DNA of 64,000 nucleotides. It comes from Nemertoderma westbladi. Lineage: Eukaryota > Animalia > Xenacoelomorpha. Below the pieces are notes generated by a model. It worked only from the letters and a program-made list of their open reading frames with translations. It ran no database searches and was not told the DNA's origin. Position numbers and translations under genes: made by a program. Of the stretch, positions 63,322 through 64,000 are shown piece by piece (within the stretch, counting starts at the first letter, position 1; each line of letters starts with the position of its first letter). The stretch covers positions 1 through 64,000 of the forward strand of contig JAUCBJ010004629.1 of the NCBI GenBank assembly GCA_032718475.1, written 5' to 3'.

Positions 63322-64000
63322 CACAAAGAGTAGGCAATACTTTAATAGATTAGAGATTAATAAAATAAAAAGTTGGCCTAATTACATTTGACTGAAAAAC
63401 GATATTTTATTCAAAGTTGCATTGTATTGTAGGGTCTCCTCTCCCCATCAATTTAACAAAGGTTGGATCTAAAAAATAAATGAAAACAGGGTATGGTGCA
63501 TTCGATGATAAAATATCTACCAGAGTCCTACGAGCCTGTCAACGGGGATACAACCAACAGGGAAAGATACCCAATAAGGGCCAATAGCCAATACGAACGA
63601 GTATGTTTATAATTATAGGTGGTGATCAGCCATGGCTTATTGAGACTAAAAGATTATCTCATTCATTACTAATGAATTAAAAGTGAGATTCAGTTGGCAA
63701 TGAGATTAAGTTAAAAGGGAAAAATAATGAAGCAGGCCACATTGGAACCAAATGAATTACATTGATTCCTGTAATGTTTAATGACGAGTAGTGTTTTTCA
63801 TAAGATTAGTGTTATATGATACAAATTTAGATACCCCCTTCCTTCCCCGTCTTCGGCAATCAAATAATCACAATTGCTTCTGATTTATAACTCTATAAAT
63901 GAGTTCCAATTTATTCTAGAAATCCATTCCTGATCTGAATATCTTGATATCCTTGGAGATTAACAGATGGTTTTTCTTTGGGTGATACATGTTGATTATT

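Overview
AT-rich animal (invertebrate-like) genomic DNA with spliceosomal GT-AG introns, not prokaryotic. Host genes: (1) the last nine coding exons of a polycystin-1-like (PKD1L2/PKDREJ-type) channel gene on + (2810-16645); (2) two intact single-exon SLC35D-family nucleotide-sugar transporter ORFs on + (33693-34772, 42150-43223), created by a tandem segmental duplication (24725-47954) with a microhomology junction; (3) seven exons of a GABA-A-beta/LCCH3-like Cys-loop receptor on - (48277-60697, 5' exons not found in the window). The rest is a dense, often nested, transposon landscape. Retroelements include Penelope, CR1/L2-like and RTE LINEs, CRE-type RLE elements, SINEs, a solo LTR and a Gypsy element. 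There are also many non-autonomous DNA elements with readable target-site duplications: piggyBac TTAA, 8-bp Merlin-like foldbacks, 9-bp MULE-like elements, and a 7.9-kb element with about 0.9-kb TIRs and an AT TSD. The most unexplained signal is a ~50-bp module found both as an 8-copy tandem array and as five dispersed solo copies in unrelated contexts. All calls were made by eye; no database searches were run.
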